Assembly: GCA_038217285.1 (NCBI GenBank)
Contig: JBBQPO010000086.1
Span: forward strand, 1 to 20,562
DNA: 20,562 nt
DNA from: Chthonomonadales bacterium
GTDB lineage: Bacteria > Armatimonadota > Chthonomonadetes > Chthonomonadales > Chthonomonadaceae
Reading direction: 5' to 3'
The notes under the pieces are model-generated. The model was given only the letters and a program-made list of their open reading frames with translations. It ran no database searches and was not told the origin of the DNA. Below, one piece after another: positions 1 through 7,545 of the stretch. The number at the start of each line of letters is the position of its first letter. The stretch's first letter is position 1. The position numbers and the translations under genes are program-made.

Positions 1-258
1 GTCACCGTGCTGGCGACCGGTTTCAACGCGCGCGAAGAGACAGGGAGCCCGCAGGCCAGTCGTTCCGGCGTTCCAACCCGTCCCTTCACACAGCAGGCTC
101 CGGCCTCCGCCGCCCCGCCCGCTTCCGCGCCGCGCCCGGTCGAGCAGACACCCGGCGCGCCGGGCCAGGAAAAACCTGCCGCGCAGTCTCAGCCGCCCGT
201 CCCACCGGACCCGCGCAAAGACGACCTCGACATCCCGGCCTTCCTCCGCAAACGGTAG
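1..258 (+). CDS. ftsZ: Cell division protein FtsZ, C-terminal part (5'-truncated by window)
   Basis: Frame from base 1 reads VTVLATGF (end of the FtsZ core), then a Pro/Ala/Gln-rich linker and the conserved C-terminal peptide DDLDIPAFLRKR, stop TAG 256-258. Confidence 0.95.
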   Translation, partial: VTVLATGFNAREETGSPQASRSGVPTRPFTQQAPASAAPPASAPRPVEQTPGAPGQEKPAAQSQPPVPPDPRKDDLDIPAFLRKR

Positions 259-260
259 CG

Positions 261-398
261 ATGGCCAGGTCACTTGACACCGCGAACTACCCGCATCTTG
301 CCTCTGCCGAAGCCCTGCGCGCCCTGCCCTGGCTTCGGCACGGCTTTACCCTGCCGGGATACCGACGCCTCCGACCGCTTCCCCTTTTATTTTTATGA
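261..398 (+). pseudogene. 45-codon ORF, probable N-terminal remnant of pgeF/ylmD (peptidoglycan editing factor, laccase-like domain)
   Basis: Hand translation MARSLDTANYPHLASAEALRALPWLRHGFTLPGYRRLRPLPLLFL*. LRALPWLRHGFT resembles the PgeF N-terminal HGFT(T)R motif, and a +1 shift after FT gives CR. It lies directly after ftsZ, the usual position of ylmD. Its TGA overlaps the iscS ATG (ATGA). Confidence 0.55.
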
Positions 399-1558
399 AC
401 ACAACAGACTTACCTATCTACCTCGACTTTGCCGCGACGACGCCGACCGATCCGGAGGTCGCCGTAGCGATGCTGCCCTATCTTTCCGGGCCGTTGTCGA
501 TAGGAAATGCCAGCAGTATTCACCGGTTTGGGAGGCAGGCGCGGGCAGGCGTGGATGAGGCGAGGGACGCGGTCGCTCGGCTCATTCAGGCCGACTACGC
601 GGATCTCTATTTTACGGGCAGCGGCACGGAATCGGACAATCTGGCGCTGATCGGGACGATGCAGGCCGCGCCACCGGAGCGCAACCACCTTGTCGTGAGC
701 GCCATCGAACACCATGCCGTCCTGCACACCGCCCACTATCTGCAGACGCAAGGCTACTCCGTAACGATGGTTCCTTGCGATTCCGACGGCCTTATTTCGC
801 CGCAGGCGGTCGCGGCCGCCGTCACCGACCAGACGGCGCTCGTCTCGATCATGCAGGCCAACAACGAGATCGGAACGATTCAGCCCATCGCGGATTTTGC
901 CCGGATCGCGCACGAGCGCGGCGCGAAGTTCCATACCGATGCGGTACAGTCGGCGGGGATGCTGCCGGTCAACGTGCACGAGCTCGACTGCGACCTGCTG
1001 TCGCTCTGCGCCCACAAAATCTACGGCCCCAAGGGCGCGGGCGCCCTCTATATCCGACAGGGCATCAAGGTTTCACCACTGCTGCATGGGGGCGCGCAGG
1101 AGCGCGAAAAGCGGGCGGGAACCGAAAACGTCGCCGCGCTCGTCGGATTCGGGCGGGCTGCGGAACTCAGCAGTACGCGTCGGGAGGCGGATGTGGCGCA
1201 CCTGACCGCCCTGCGTGACCGCTTCCTCGCGCTGCTCCGCGCTGCCGTTCCGGATCTTCTTCTGAACGGCCATCCGACCCTGCGACTGCCGAACAATGTG
1301 AACGTCTCGGTCCCCGGCGCGGAAGGTACCACCCTGCTGATGAACCTCGACCGCAAGGGCGTAGCGGCCTCCAGTGGCTCAGCCTGCTCCTCCGGCTCCC
1401 TGGAACCGTCGCACGTCTTAAAGGCGATTGGCCTGCCTGCTTCACTGGCCTCCAGCGGCGTCCGCTTCTCGCTGGGCCGCACGACCACCGAGGCGGAAAT
1501 CGTCCAAGCTGCCGAAATCTTTGCCGCCATTGTCCACCGCCTGCGCCGAACGAAATAG
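395..1558 (+). CDS. iscS: Cysteine desulfurase, group I (IscS/NifS-like)
   Basis: IYLDFAATTP, GNASSIH, FTGSGTESDN, EHHAV, NNEIGTIQP, HTDAVQ, PLP-lysine motif CAHKIYGPKG, catalytic loop SSGSACSSG, RFSLGR. Confidence 0.93.
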   Translation: MNTTDLPIYLDFAATTPTDPEVAVAMLPYLSGPLSIGNASSIHRFGRQARAGVDEARDAVARLIQADYADLYFTGSGTESDNLALIGTMQAAPPERNHLVVSAIEHHAVLHTAHYLQTQGYSVTMVPCDSDGLISPQAVAAAVTDQTALVSIMQANNEIGTIQPIADFARIAHERGAKFHTDAVQSAGMLPVNVHELDCDLLSLCAHKIYGPKGAGALYIRQGIKVSPLLHGGAQEREKRAGTENVAALVGFGRAAELSSTRREADVAHLTALRDRFLALLRAAVPDLLLNGHPTLRLPNNVNVSVPGAEGTTLLMNLDRKGVAASSGSACSSGSLEPSHVLKAIGLPASLASSGVRFSLGRTTTEAEIVQAAEIFAAIVHRLRRTK

Positions 1559-1569
1559 AATGAGGCGAC

Positions 1570-1674
1570 CGGGATTAAAATCCCGTTCTGAAACGGGAAG
1601 TCCGCCTGCGCGGACTCAATAAAATTGAACCCGCGAAGGCGGGTTTTGCCTTTCAGAACGGCAATTCATTGCCG
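1570..1674. repeat. REP/REPIN-like inverted doublet of two 51-bp units, each holding two small palindromes; likely also the terminator region for the convergent genes
   Basis: Unit A 1570-1620 CGGGATTAAAATCCCGTTCTGAAACGGGAAGTCCGCCTGCGCGGACTCAAT aligns without gaps to the reverse complement of 1624-1674 CGGCAATGAATTGCCGTTCTGAAAGGCAAAACCCGCCTTCGCGGGTTCAAT. Confidence 0.8.
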
Positions 1675-2604
1675 AACTTGATCTTGATGCGTTGCGGCGG
1701 TGCGCTGAAAAGTCTCGATTTCGGAGAGGGAGCGGACACCGCACCAGCCGCCCATCTCGCCGCAGTTGAGGGCGGCGGCAGCGGAGGCGAAACGGAGGGT
1801 CGTGAGAATGTCCCACGCCTGAAGCTGTCCGTAGAGCAGGCCGGCCCGGAAGATGTCGCCGGAACCGGTCGTATCGACCACAAGGGGGGCGACGTAGGCC
1901 GGGAGATGCACGGCGGGTCGGCCGCTCAAGCCGCGTTCGGCGACAAAACAGCCGCGTTCGCCCCAGGTCACGATTGTGGTTGGGCCATAGTCATCGCGGA
2001 CACGGGCGGCGAAGGCAGAGAGTTCGGGTGCGGTGAGGCTGCGCCCGACGTGCTCGCTGGAGGTGACGACCTGAGAGGCGATGGCATTGATCACCGGGTC
2101 CTGCGCATAGTCCATCGGCAGAGTGAACATTCCGGCCGCCGCCGCGACTTTGCAGGCTTCGGCTCCGGCGGCATAGGCGTTCGGCTCCATCGTGAACAGG
2201 CGCGCGGAGGCGGCGAGCGCCGGGTCGAGGGGTGGGGGCTGCATCTCGGTGAAGCGATAGCCGAACATCGTGCGCTCCCCGTCCGGCGTGGAGGTGCAGA
2301 CGCAGTACGGCGTGTAGGCGGTGGCGGAGGTCGTCAGAAAGCGCATGTCGATCTCCGGGGCGGCGCGGGCGAAGAGCTCACGCAGCAGTCGCCCGTCGTC
2401 ATCATCGCCGAGTGCGTTACCGATCAGCGCGACCCTGACGCCCCAACGGCTCAGAGCAATCGCGGTGTTCGCGGCTTCGCCCCCGATAGCCCGCCGCTCC
2501 TCCAGAATATCCACATAGCCACCGGGCGGCGGCAGTTCCGCCACACGCCATAAAACATCCATACAGACCGTGCCGTAGACGATGACCTCGAATTCGTGTG
2601 ACAT
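1666..2604 (-). CDS. PfkB/ribokinase-family carbohydrate kinase
   Basis: VIVYGTVCMD, GGEAANTAIALSRWG, GDDDDG, VTWGERG and PfkB signature VDTTGSGDIFRAG. Start placed at ATG 2604 (MSHEF) because the longer ORF-track start overlaps namZ. Confidence 0.9.
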   Translation of the reverse strand: MSHEFEVIVYGTVCMDVLWRVAELPPPGGYVDILEERRAIGGEAANTAIALSRWGVRVALIGNALGDDDDGRLLRELFARAAPEIDMRFLTTSATAYTPYCVCTSTPDGERTMFGYRFTEMQPPPLDPALAASARLFTMEPNAYAAGAEACKVAAAAGMFTLPMDYAQDPVINAIASQVVTSSEHVGRSLTAPELSAFAARVRDDYGPTTIVTWGERGCFVAERGLSGRPAVHLPAYVAPLVVDTTGSGDIFRAGLLYGQLQAWDILTTLRFASAAAALNCGEMGGWCGVRSLSEIETFQRTAATHQDQVRQ

Positions 2605-2618
2605 AAGTATTCCATTTA

Positions 2619-3749
2619 TTAGAGATAGAGCCGATACGGTGTGCTGCGAGCGGCGAACTGGGCCAGATCGGTCTGCCAGGAGGCGACCAGTTCCGCCGGC
2701 GAAGCGCCGTTTCGGAAAGAGGTGAAGGCGGCCCGATTGACGAGCAGACGGTCGTATCGGGCCGCCTCCCACGCCTCGGGATAGAGCGTGTGCAAGGCGG
2801 CAGCGACGGCAAGGCCGGTCTCCACCGGCACAAACCGGTCTCGTTGCGTCACGATGAGGTTGATGCCGCCGCAGGGCGTTCCCTCATGCACACGAAACGT
2901 CGGGGTAAAACGGATCGGCACGAAGCGCACACCGGGCAGATCCTGCGCGTTCAGATGCGCCGCCAGTTCGCGCTCCGCGATCCACGGCGCGCCCACCACT
3001 TCGAACGGCGTGTCTGTCCCACGCCCGACCGAGACATTGGTAAACTCCAGCAGGCCGATACCGGGATAGAGCAGGGCCTGCGTCAGAGAACGCATATTCG
3101 GGGAGGGATTGATCCAGGTCAACTCCGTCGCATCCCACCAATCGGCGAGCCTCCAGCCCTCGATCTCCACGATTTCCAGATCGAGATCGAGGCCCTTTTC
3201 TGCCGCGAACAGCCGCGCCATCTCTCCCACCGTCAGCCCGTGGCGGATCGGGATCGGATGGCAGGCGATAAAATCGAGGCGGTCGGCGTCGGCCAGCGGT
3301 CCCTCCGTCACCAGACCTCCGAGAGGGTTTGGACGATCCAGCACCACAAAGCGCAGCCCCTGTTCCGCAGCGGCTTCCATGCTGGTGAGCAGGGTGCTGA
3401 TATAGGTATAGAACCGCGTGCCGACGTCCTGAATATCGAAAACCAGGGTGTCCAGTCCCGTCAGTTGTTCGGGCGTCGGGCGGGTGCGTGTGCCGTACAG
3501 ACTGTAGACAGGCAACCCTGTCGCCTCGTCCGTGCCGTCCGGAACATGCTCATCCACCGCGCCCCGGATGCCATGTTCCGGCCCGAAGAGTGCCGCCATC
3601 TCTACGCCCGGCGCGGCATGCAGCAGGTCTGCAGTCGCCATGCCATAGGTGTCCAGCCCGGTATGGTTGGTAATCAATCCGACTCGCTGTCCGCGCAGCG
3701 CCGTAAACTCCTGTCCCACCAGCAGATCGATCCCGAGGCTTACCGCCAT
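2619..3749 (-). CDS. namZ: Exo-beta-N-acetylmuramidase NamZ family (DUF1343/YbbC)
   Basis: RVGLITNHTG, LFGPEHG, LPVYSLYG, FDIQDVGTRFYTY, VLDRPNP, RHGLTVGE, PSPNM, GRGTDTPFE, YRLY. Start at MAVSLG (3749) follows AGGAGAG; alternative start 3776. Confidence 0.9.
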   Translation of the reverse strand: MAVSLGIDLLVGQEFTALRGQRVGLITNHTGLDTYGMATADLLHAAPGVEMAALFGPEHGIRGAVDEHVPDGTDEATGLPVYSLYGTRTRPTPEQLTGLDTLVFDIQDVGTRFYTYISTLLTSMEAAAEQGLRFVVLDRPNPLGGLVTEGPLADADRLDFIACHPIPIRHGLTVGEMARLFAAEKGLDLDLEIVEIEGWRLADWWDATELTWINPSPNMRSLTQALLYPGIGLLEFTNVSVGRGTDTPFEVVGAPWIAERELAAHLNAQDLPGVRFVPIRFTPTFRVHEGTPCGGINLIVTQRDRFVPVETGLAVAAALHTLYPEAWEAARYDRLLVNRAAFTSFRNGASPAELVASWQTDLAQFAARSTPYRLYL

Positions 3750-3786
3750 CTCTCTCCTCTTTTCTACGACAAACATATACTTCCTG

Positions 3787-4095
3787 TTATAACAGTCGGG
3801 CCGGTGTCGTCCACATCGTCAGACCGGGATTACGACGGTAGGTCTGCTGGAGGGCGCGCAGAGCCTGCGCGACCTGCGGTGTCTCCGCTTCCGGCAGCAG
3901 CAGATAGAGCAGCGTGACGCTGCCGGGGAAGACCGGAGAGTTCAGCTTGGCGCCCGCTCCACCGACGCCGTGCGCGTCGAATGTCTTTGTCCATTCCGTC
4001 ACCCCTGTTTCCCGCAAGGTCTCCATAATACGTTCGTCCATGCCGCTATCGTAAGCGATCGTCAGCAGCACTGTCGGTGCGTCGCGGCTCTCCAT
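3787..4095 (-). CDS. Small PII-like (GlnB-fold, PG0541-type) protein
   Basis: 102 aa with a PII-like pattern: beta strand, DERIMETLRETGVTEWT, AHGVGGAG loop, NSPVFPG. Tightly packed between hydantoinase and namZ. Confidence 0.65.
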   Translation of the reverse strand: MESRDAPTVLLTIAYDSGMDERIMETLRETGVTEWTKTFDAHGVGGAGAKLNSPVFPGSVTLLYLLLPEAETPQVAQALRALQQTYRRNPGLTMWTTPARLL

Positions 4096-4101
4096 CGTAA
4101 A

Positions 4102-6144
4102 TTATGCTCCTACACTGTTTGCCGTGAGTATCAGATTGCCCTGGGCGCCTACAATCCCTTCCCAGCCGTCCGCGACGAATGTCGTCGCGTCCGCTTGAAG
4201 CACGATTGTAGGGCCGGGGAACCGTTGTCCGGCCGCCAGCGCTTCGCGAAGAAAGAGAAGGGCCTCCTGCCGACCCGTCTCGCCGTAGAGCGGTGTCATC
4301 CCGACAGGTTTGCCGGGAGCAGTGGGCAGATCTGCTATCGGAGCGGGGCGTGTGTTCCTCCCGATCATGACAACGCGCAGCGCCACGACTTCGACGGCCT
4401 CGCCCGGGTCGGAGTGACCGTAACGCGCCTTATGCGCCCAGTGGAAGGCGGCTCGAGTCGCGCGTATATCGTTCCCGCCCACGACCGGAACCCGGAGTTC
4501 GAACGCCTGTCCGCTGTAGCGCAGGTCGAGCAGGCGCGTGAGCTCCCACGGATCCGACGGGGATTCTTCCCGCGCGGCTATCGCGACGGCATGCGCTTCC
4601 AACCTTGCGAACTGCGATTCCAGCTCCGCCCGCGCTTCCGATGTCTCGGCCAGATTCATCGTGGCCGCGGAGAGGGGCAGCGCGAACTCTCGCCGGTTGT
4701 CCGCAAGCGCCAGGCCGAGCGCGGAGAATGCCCCTGGAAAACGGGGGATAATGACGGACCGCATTCCCAATGTCTCCGCCAGGGCGCAGGCATGCAGTCC
4801 GCCCGCCCCGCCGAAACTTAACAGCGCAAAATCGGCAGGGTCGTAGCCGCGCTCCACCGAAACATGCCGCAAGGCACGGGACATCGCCGCGTTCGCCACC
4901 TGAACCACTCCGAGCGCCGCCTGTTCGACGCCGATCCCTAACCGCGCCGCCAACTCCTCAAAATGCCGTCGAACCCGCGCCGCATCCAGCGCCATTCGAC
5001 CGCCGAGCCGGGCCTCGGCAGGCAGACGGCCCAGCAGCACATTCGCATCCGTGACCGTCAGCATTTCGCCCCGGCCGTAGGCTACCGGCCCCGGCTCCGC
5101 TCCCGCGCTTTGTGGTCCAACTCTCAGAACGCCCGCCGCATCGATCCGTGCCAATGAGCCGCCGCCTGCCCCCACGGTGTGAATGTCCAGCATCGGGGTG
5201 CGAATCGGAAACCCGGCGGTCTGCCCGGTCGTCACCGTCGGGCACTGCCCGTTCAGGACCAGGGCGACATCGGTGCTCGTCCCGCCCATATCGAAGGTGA
5301 GCAGACGTGCAAATCCTGCCTCCAAGCCGATTTTCCCTGCCGCGACGACGCCGCCCGCAGGGCCAGAGAGAACGGTCTTTATCGCCTGTTCCCCCGCCTC
5401 TCCCGCCGAGAGCGCGCCGCCGTTCGACTGCATGATTCGCAATACGGAGGCTCCCAGGGCGCTTGAACGCTCGGCCAGACGTTCCAGGTAGTGCGCCATG
5501 ACGGGAGCCACGAACGCATTCGCCACTGTCGTCGCAGACCGTTCGAACTCGCGTGGCTCCGGCGCGATGTCGCAGGAGAGCGAAACGCAGAGCCCGAGAG
5601 CCCGCGCCATTTCGCCGAGGCGCCGTTCGTGGCTCGCATTGAGATAGGAGAAGAGGAAGCAGACGGCCAGCGACTCGATTCCCTCTTGCGTCAGGCGTTC
5701 CAAAAGCGCGGCGGTGGCGGCCTCGTGCAGAGGGGTGATCACGTTGCCTCGCCTGTCCATCCGTTCCTCGACTTCGTAGCGTAGGGCCTGCGGCAAGAGC
5801 GGAGGTGTCCGGGTCGGATGAAAACTATAGAGATGGTCGCGGGTCTGACGTCCGATCTCCAGCACATCTCGAAAACCCTCGGTCGTGATCAAGGCCGTCC
5901 GCGCGCCGCGCCGCTCCAACAAGGCGTTTGTGGCAACCGTCGTCCCGTGTATCAGCGTAAAACGGTCGGCCAGCAGACCGTCATCCTGCGCCCGGCGCAG
6001 TCCCTGCAGAATACTCAGGGAAGGATCGGCAGGCGTAGAGGCCCACTTCTGCACAACGGCATGGCCAGCCAAATCGATAAATACAAAGTCGGTAAACGTT
6101 CCCCCGACATCCACCCCCACAACATCCGCCGCTATCCTTTTCAT
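4102..6144 (-). CDS. Hydantoinase/oxoprolinase family, ATP-binding A subunit (HyuA-like)
   Basis: GVDVGGTFTD, HGTTVATNALLER, TTEGFRDVLEIGRQ, REFERSAT, SGPAGG, DMGGTSTDV, GAGGGS, VGPQSAGAEPGP, FGGAGGLHA, RYSGQ. Confidence 0.93.
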   Translation of the reverse strand: MKRIAADVVGVDVGGTFTDFVFIDLAGHAVVQKWASTPADPSLSILQGLRRAQDDGLLADRFTLIHGTTVATNALLERRGARTALITTEGFRDVLEIGRQTRDHLYSFHPTRTPPLLPQALRYEVEERMDRRGNVITPLHEAATAALLERLTQEGIESLAVCFLFSYLNASHERRLGEMARALGLCVSLSCDIAPEPREFERSATTVANAFVAPVMAHYLERLAERSSALGASVLRIMQSNGGALSAGEAGEQAIKTVLSGPAGGVVAAGKIGLEAGFARLLTFDMGGTSTDVALVLNGQCPTVTTGQTAGFPIRTPMLDIHTVGAGGGSLARIDAAGVLRVGPQSAGAEPGPVAYGRGEMLTVTDANVLLGRLPAEARLGGRMALDAARVRRHFEELAARLGIGVEQAALGVVQVANAAMSRALRHVSVERGYDPADFALLSFGGAGGLHACALAETLGMRSVIIPRFPGAFSALGLALADNRREFALPLSAATMNLAETSEARAELESQFARLEAHAVAIAAREESPSDPWELTRLLDLRYSGQAFELRVPVVGGNDIRATRAAFHWAHKARYGHSDPGEAVEVVALRVVMIGRNTRPAPIADLPTAPGKPVGMTPLYGETGRQEALLFLREALAAGQRFPGPTIVLQADATTFVADGWEGIVGAQGNLILTANSVGA

Positions 6145-6451
6145 GGGCTGTCATTCTTCATGGGTACGCCGGTTTCCTGTCTCATCGCCGTTTCGCTGCC
6201 TTCGCAGACAGAAACGGGTTGGTTTACTGCCGCAAGGAACTGTCGGGTGCTGGCGATTGACATTTCAGGAACCCGACAAAGGTCATTCCCGTCCATGCAC
6301 AATGAGGCATCTACCTCGTTTACCAGGGATGAGCCTGGAGGCGACGTCCTCTGCAGAACTGGGCCTGCCGCTACTGCCCACCGAGGCAGTTCGCGCCATG
6401 GGGCAGGTTTTCGGAGGGCGCACCTTATGACTTCGGGAAGGAGATAAATCG

Positions 6452-6751
6452 ATGGCACAAGAGCAGACAAAACCGCAAGAGACGGTTTCTAACGATAGCG
6501 ATGCCGATTCAGCCACAGGCGGACGGGGATGGCACGGGGACTCGGAGGGCCATGCGCGTGCTGGTCGCAAGGGCGGTACAATAGTATCCGCCAACCGGGA
6601 GCATATGGCGCAGATCGGGAGCAAGGGCGGCAAGACCGTCTCCAGCAACCGGGAGCACATGGCACAGATCGGCAGCAGGGGCGGAAAAGCACGTGGTCAG
6701 AAGTCGTCGTCCGCAGACCAGGAGGCCTCCCAACCAGGTGCGAAGGGCTGA
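6452..6751 (+). CDS. KGG-repeat general stress protein (hydrophilin-like, YciG/GsiB-like)
   Basis: GRGWHGDSEGHARAGRKGG and two NREHMAQIGS(K/R)GG repeats; RBS AAGGAG upstream. Confidence 0.88.
   Translation: MAQEQTKPQETVSNDSDADSATGGRGWHGDSEGHARAGRKGGTIVSANREHMAQIGSKGGKTVSSNREHMAQIGSRGGKARGQKSSSADQEASQPGAKG
6567..6684 (+). repeat. Intragenic 54-bp tandem repeat encoding KGG units
   Basis: 6592-6630 and 6646-6684 are near-identical (CAACCGGGAGCAYATGGCRCAGATCGGSAGCARGGGCGG); partial third copy at 6567-6576. Confidence 0.85.
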
Positions 6752-6756
6752 GTCTT

Positions 6757-6817
6757 CCTTCACGCGATTATCGTCCGGCAGCATGGCAGGAATTTGCCGT
6801 GCTGCCGGTGAAGGTTT
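6757..6817 (+). terminator. Strong hairpin after the KGG gene, probable terminator
   Basis: CCGGCAGCATGGCAG (6775-6789) GAAT TTGCCGTGCTGCCGG (6794-6808), with two G-U pairs that work on the + strand; outer CCTTCA/TGAAGG stem followed by only TTT. Confidence 0.55.
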
Positions 6818-6965
6818 GGGCAGCGGCGATCACGTCGCGGCATTTTATGGCGGATTGCCCGCTCTCCTCCTCTCCGCTGAGGCGGGAGCGAAGCAGTTTC
6901 CCGGGGAACGGCATTATGTTCATGCCGTTTTCCGACTGCCGTTAGAACCTGGAGCAATCGCAACA

Positions 6966-7544
6966 ATGGAAGCACTGAGAGTTCTTATCGCGGAAGATGA
7001 ACCCTTGACCCGTACGCTGATTCGAGCGCGGCTGGAAAAACTGGGACATACGGTCGTGGCGGAGGCCGGTGACGGCGTGCAGGCGATCGAAGCCGCACAC
7101 CTGCATCGCCCGGATGTGATCATCATGGATATCAAGATGCCCCTGATGGACGGTATCGAGGCGGCCCGCGCGATCCTCAGCGAGACGCCCTGCGCCATCC
7201 TTTTTCTAAGCGCCTTCAATGAAGCGGAACTGATAGAAGACGCCAGCGCGACAGGCGCACTGGCCTACCTGATGAAGCCGTTTCGCAAGGAGGATCTCGC
7301 GCCCGCCCTGCAGATGGCGGTCGGACGTTTCCGCCAGATCCATGATCAGAAAACCGAGATCGATGGTCTGCGCGAGACACTCGAAACCCGCAAACTGCTC
7401 GAACGTGCGAAGGGCATCCTCATGGATCGACATGGCATGAGTGAAGAGGAGGCGTTCAAACGCATCCACTTTCAGGCCCGGAATCAAAACAAAAAGATGC
7501 GTGAGATCGCCCAAAGCATCATTACCGCCGCCGACCTGATCTAA
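6966..7544 (+). CDS. ANTAR-domain response regulator (REC + ANTAR, PdtaR/EutV-like antiterminator)
   Basis: RVLIAEDE, PDVIIMDIKMPLMDG, FLSA, YLMKPF receiver motifs; coiled coil; ANTAR RKLLERAKGILM..HGMSEEEAFKRI...ARNQNKKMREIAQSII. Start placed at ATG 6966 after GGAG. Confidence 0.93.
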   Translation: MEALRVLIAEDEPLTRTLIRARLEKLGHTVVAEAGDGVQAIEAAHLHRPDVIIMDIKMPLMDGIEAARAILSETPCAILFLSAFNEAELIEDASATGALAYLMKPFRKEDLAPALQMAVGRFRQIHDQKTEIDGLRETLETRKLLERAKGILMDRHGMSEEEAFKRIHFQARNQNKKMREIAQSIITAADLI

Positions 7545-7545
7545 C

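Noticed and set aside
305-340. TGCCGAAGCC/GGCTTCGGCA inverted repeat as an ftsZ terminator
   Set aside because: 16-nt loop, no proper U-tract, and it lies inside the pgeF-like ORF
1669-3917. Long + strand ORFs 1669-2553 and 2790-3917
   Set aside because: Antisense shadows of pfkB and namZ in high-GC DNA; no recognisable motifs
6257-6262. TTGACA hexamer in the divergent intergenic region
   Set aside because: No plausible -10 at 16-18 bp spacing
6141-6470. 109-aa minus-strand ORF with ATGA overlap to the hydantoinase start
   Set aside because: Overlaps the KGG gene start, has no recognisable motif or RBS; a short leader peptide cannot be excluded but is unsupported
6693-6965. N-terminal extension of the ANTAR regulator in the ORF track
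   Set aside because: Overlaps the KGG gene and hairpins; the receiver domain begins at ATG 6966 with its own RBS
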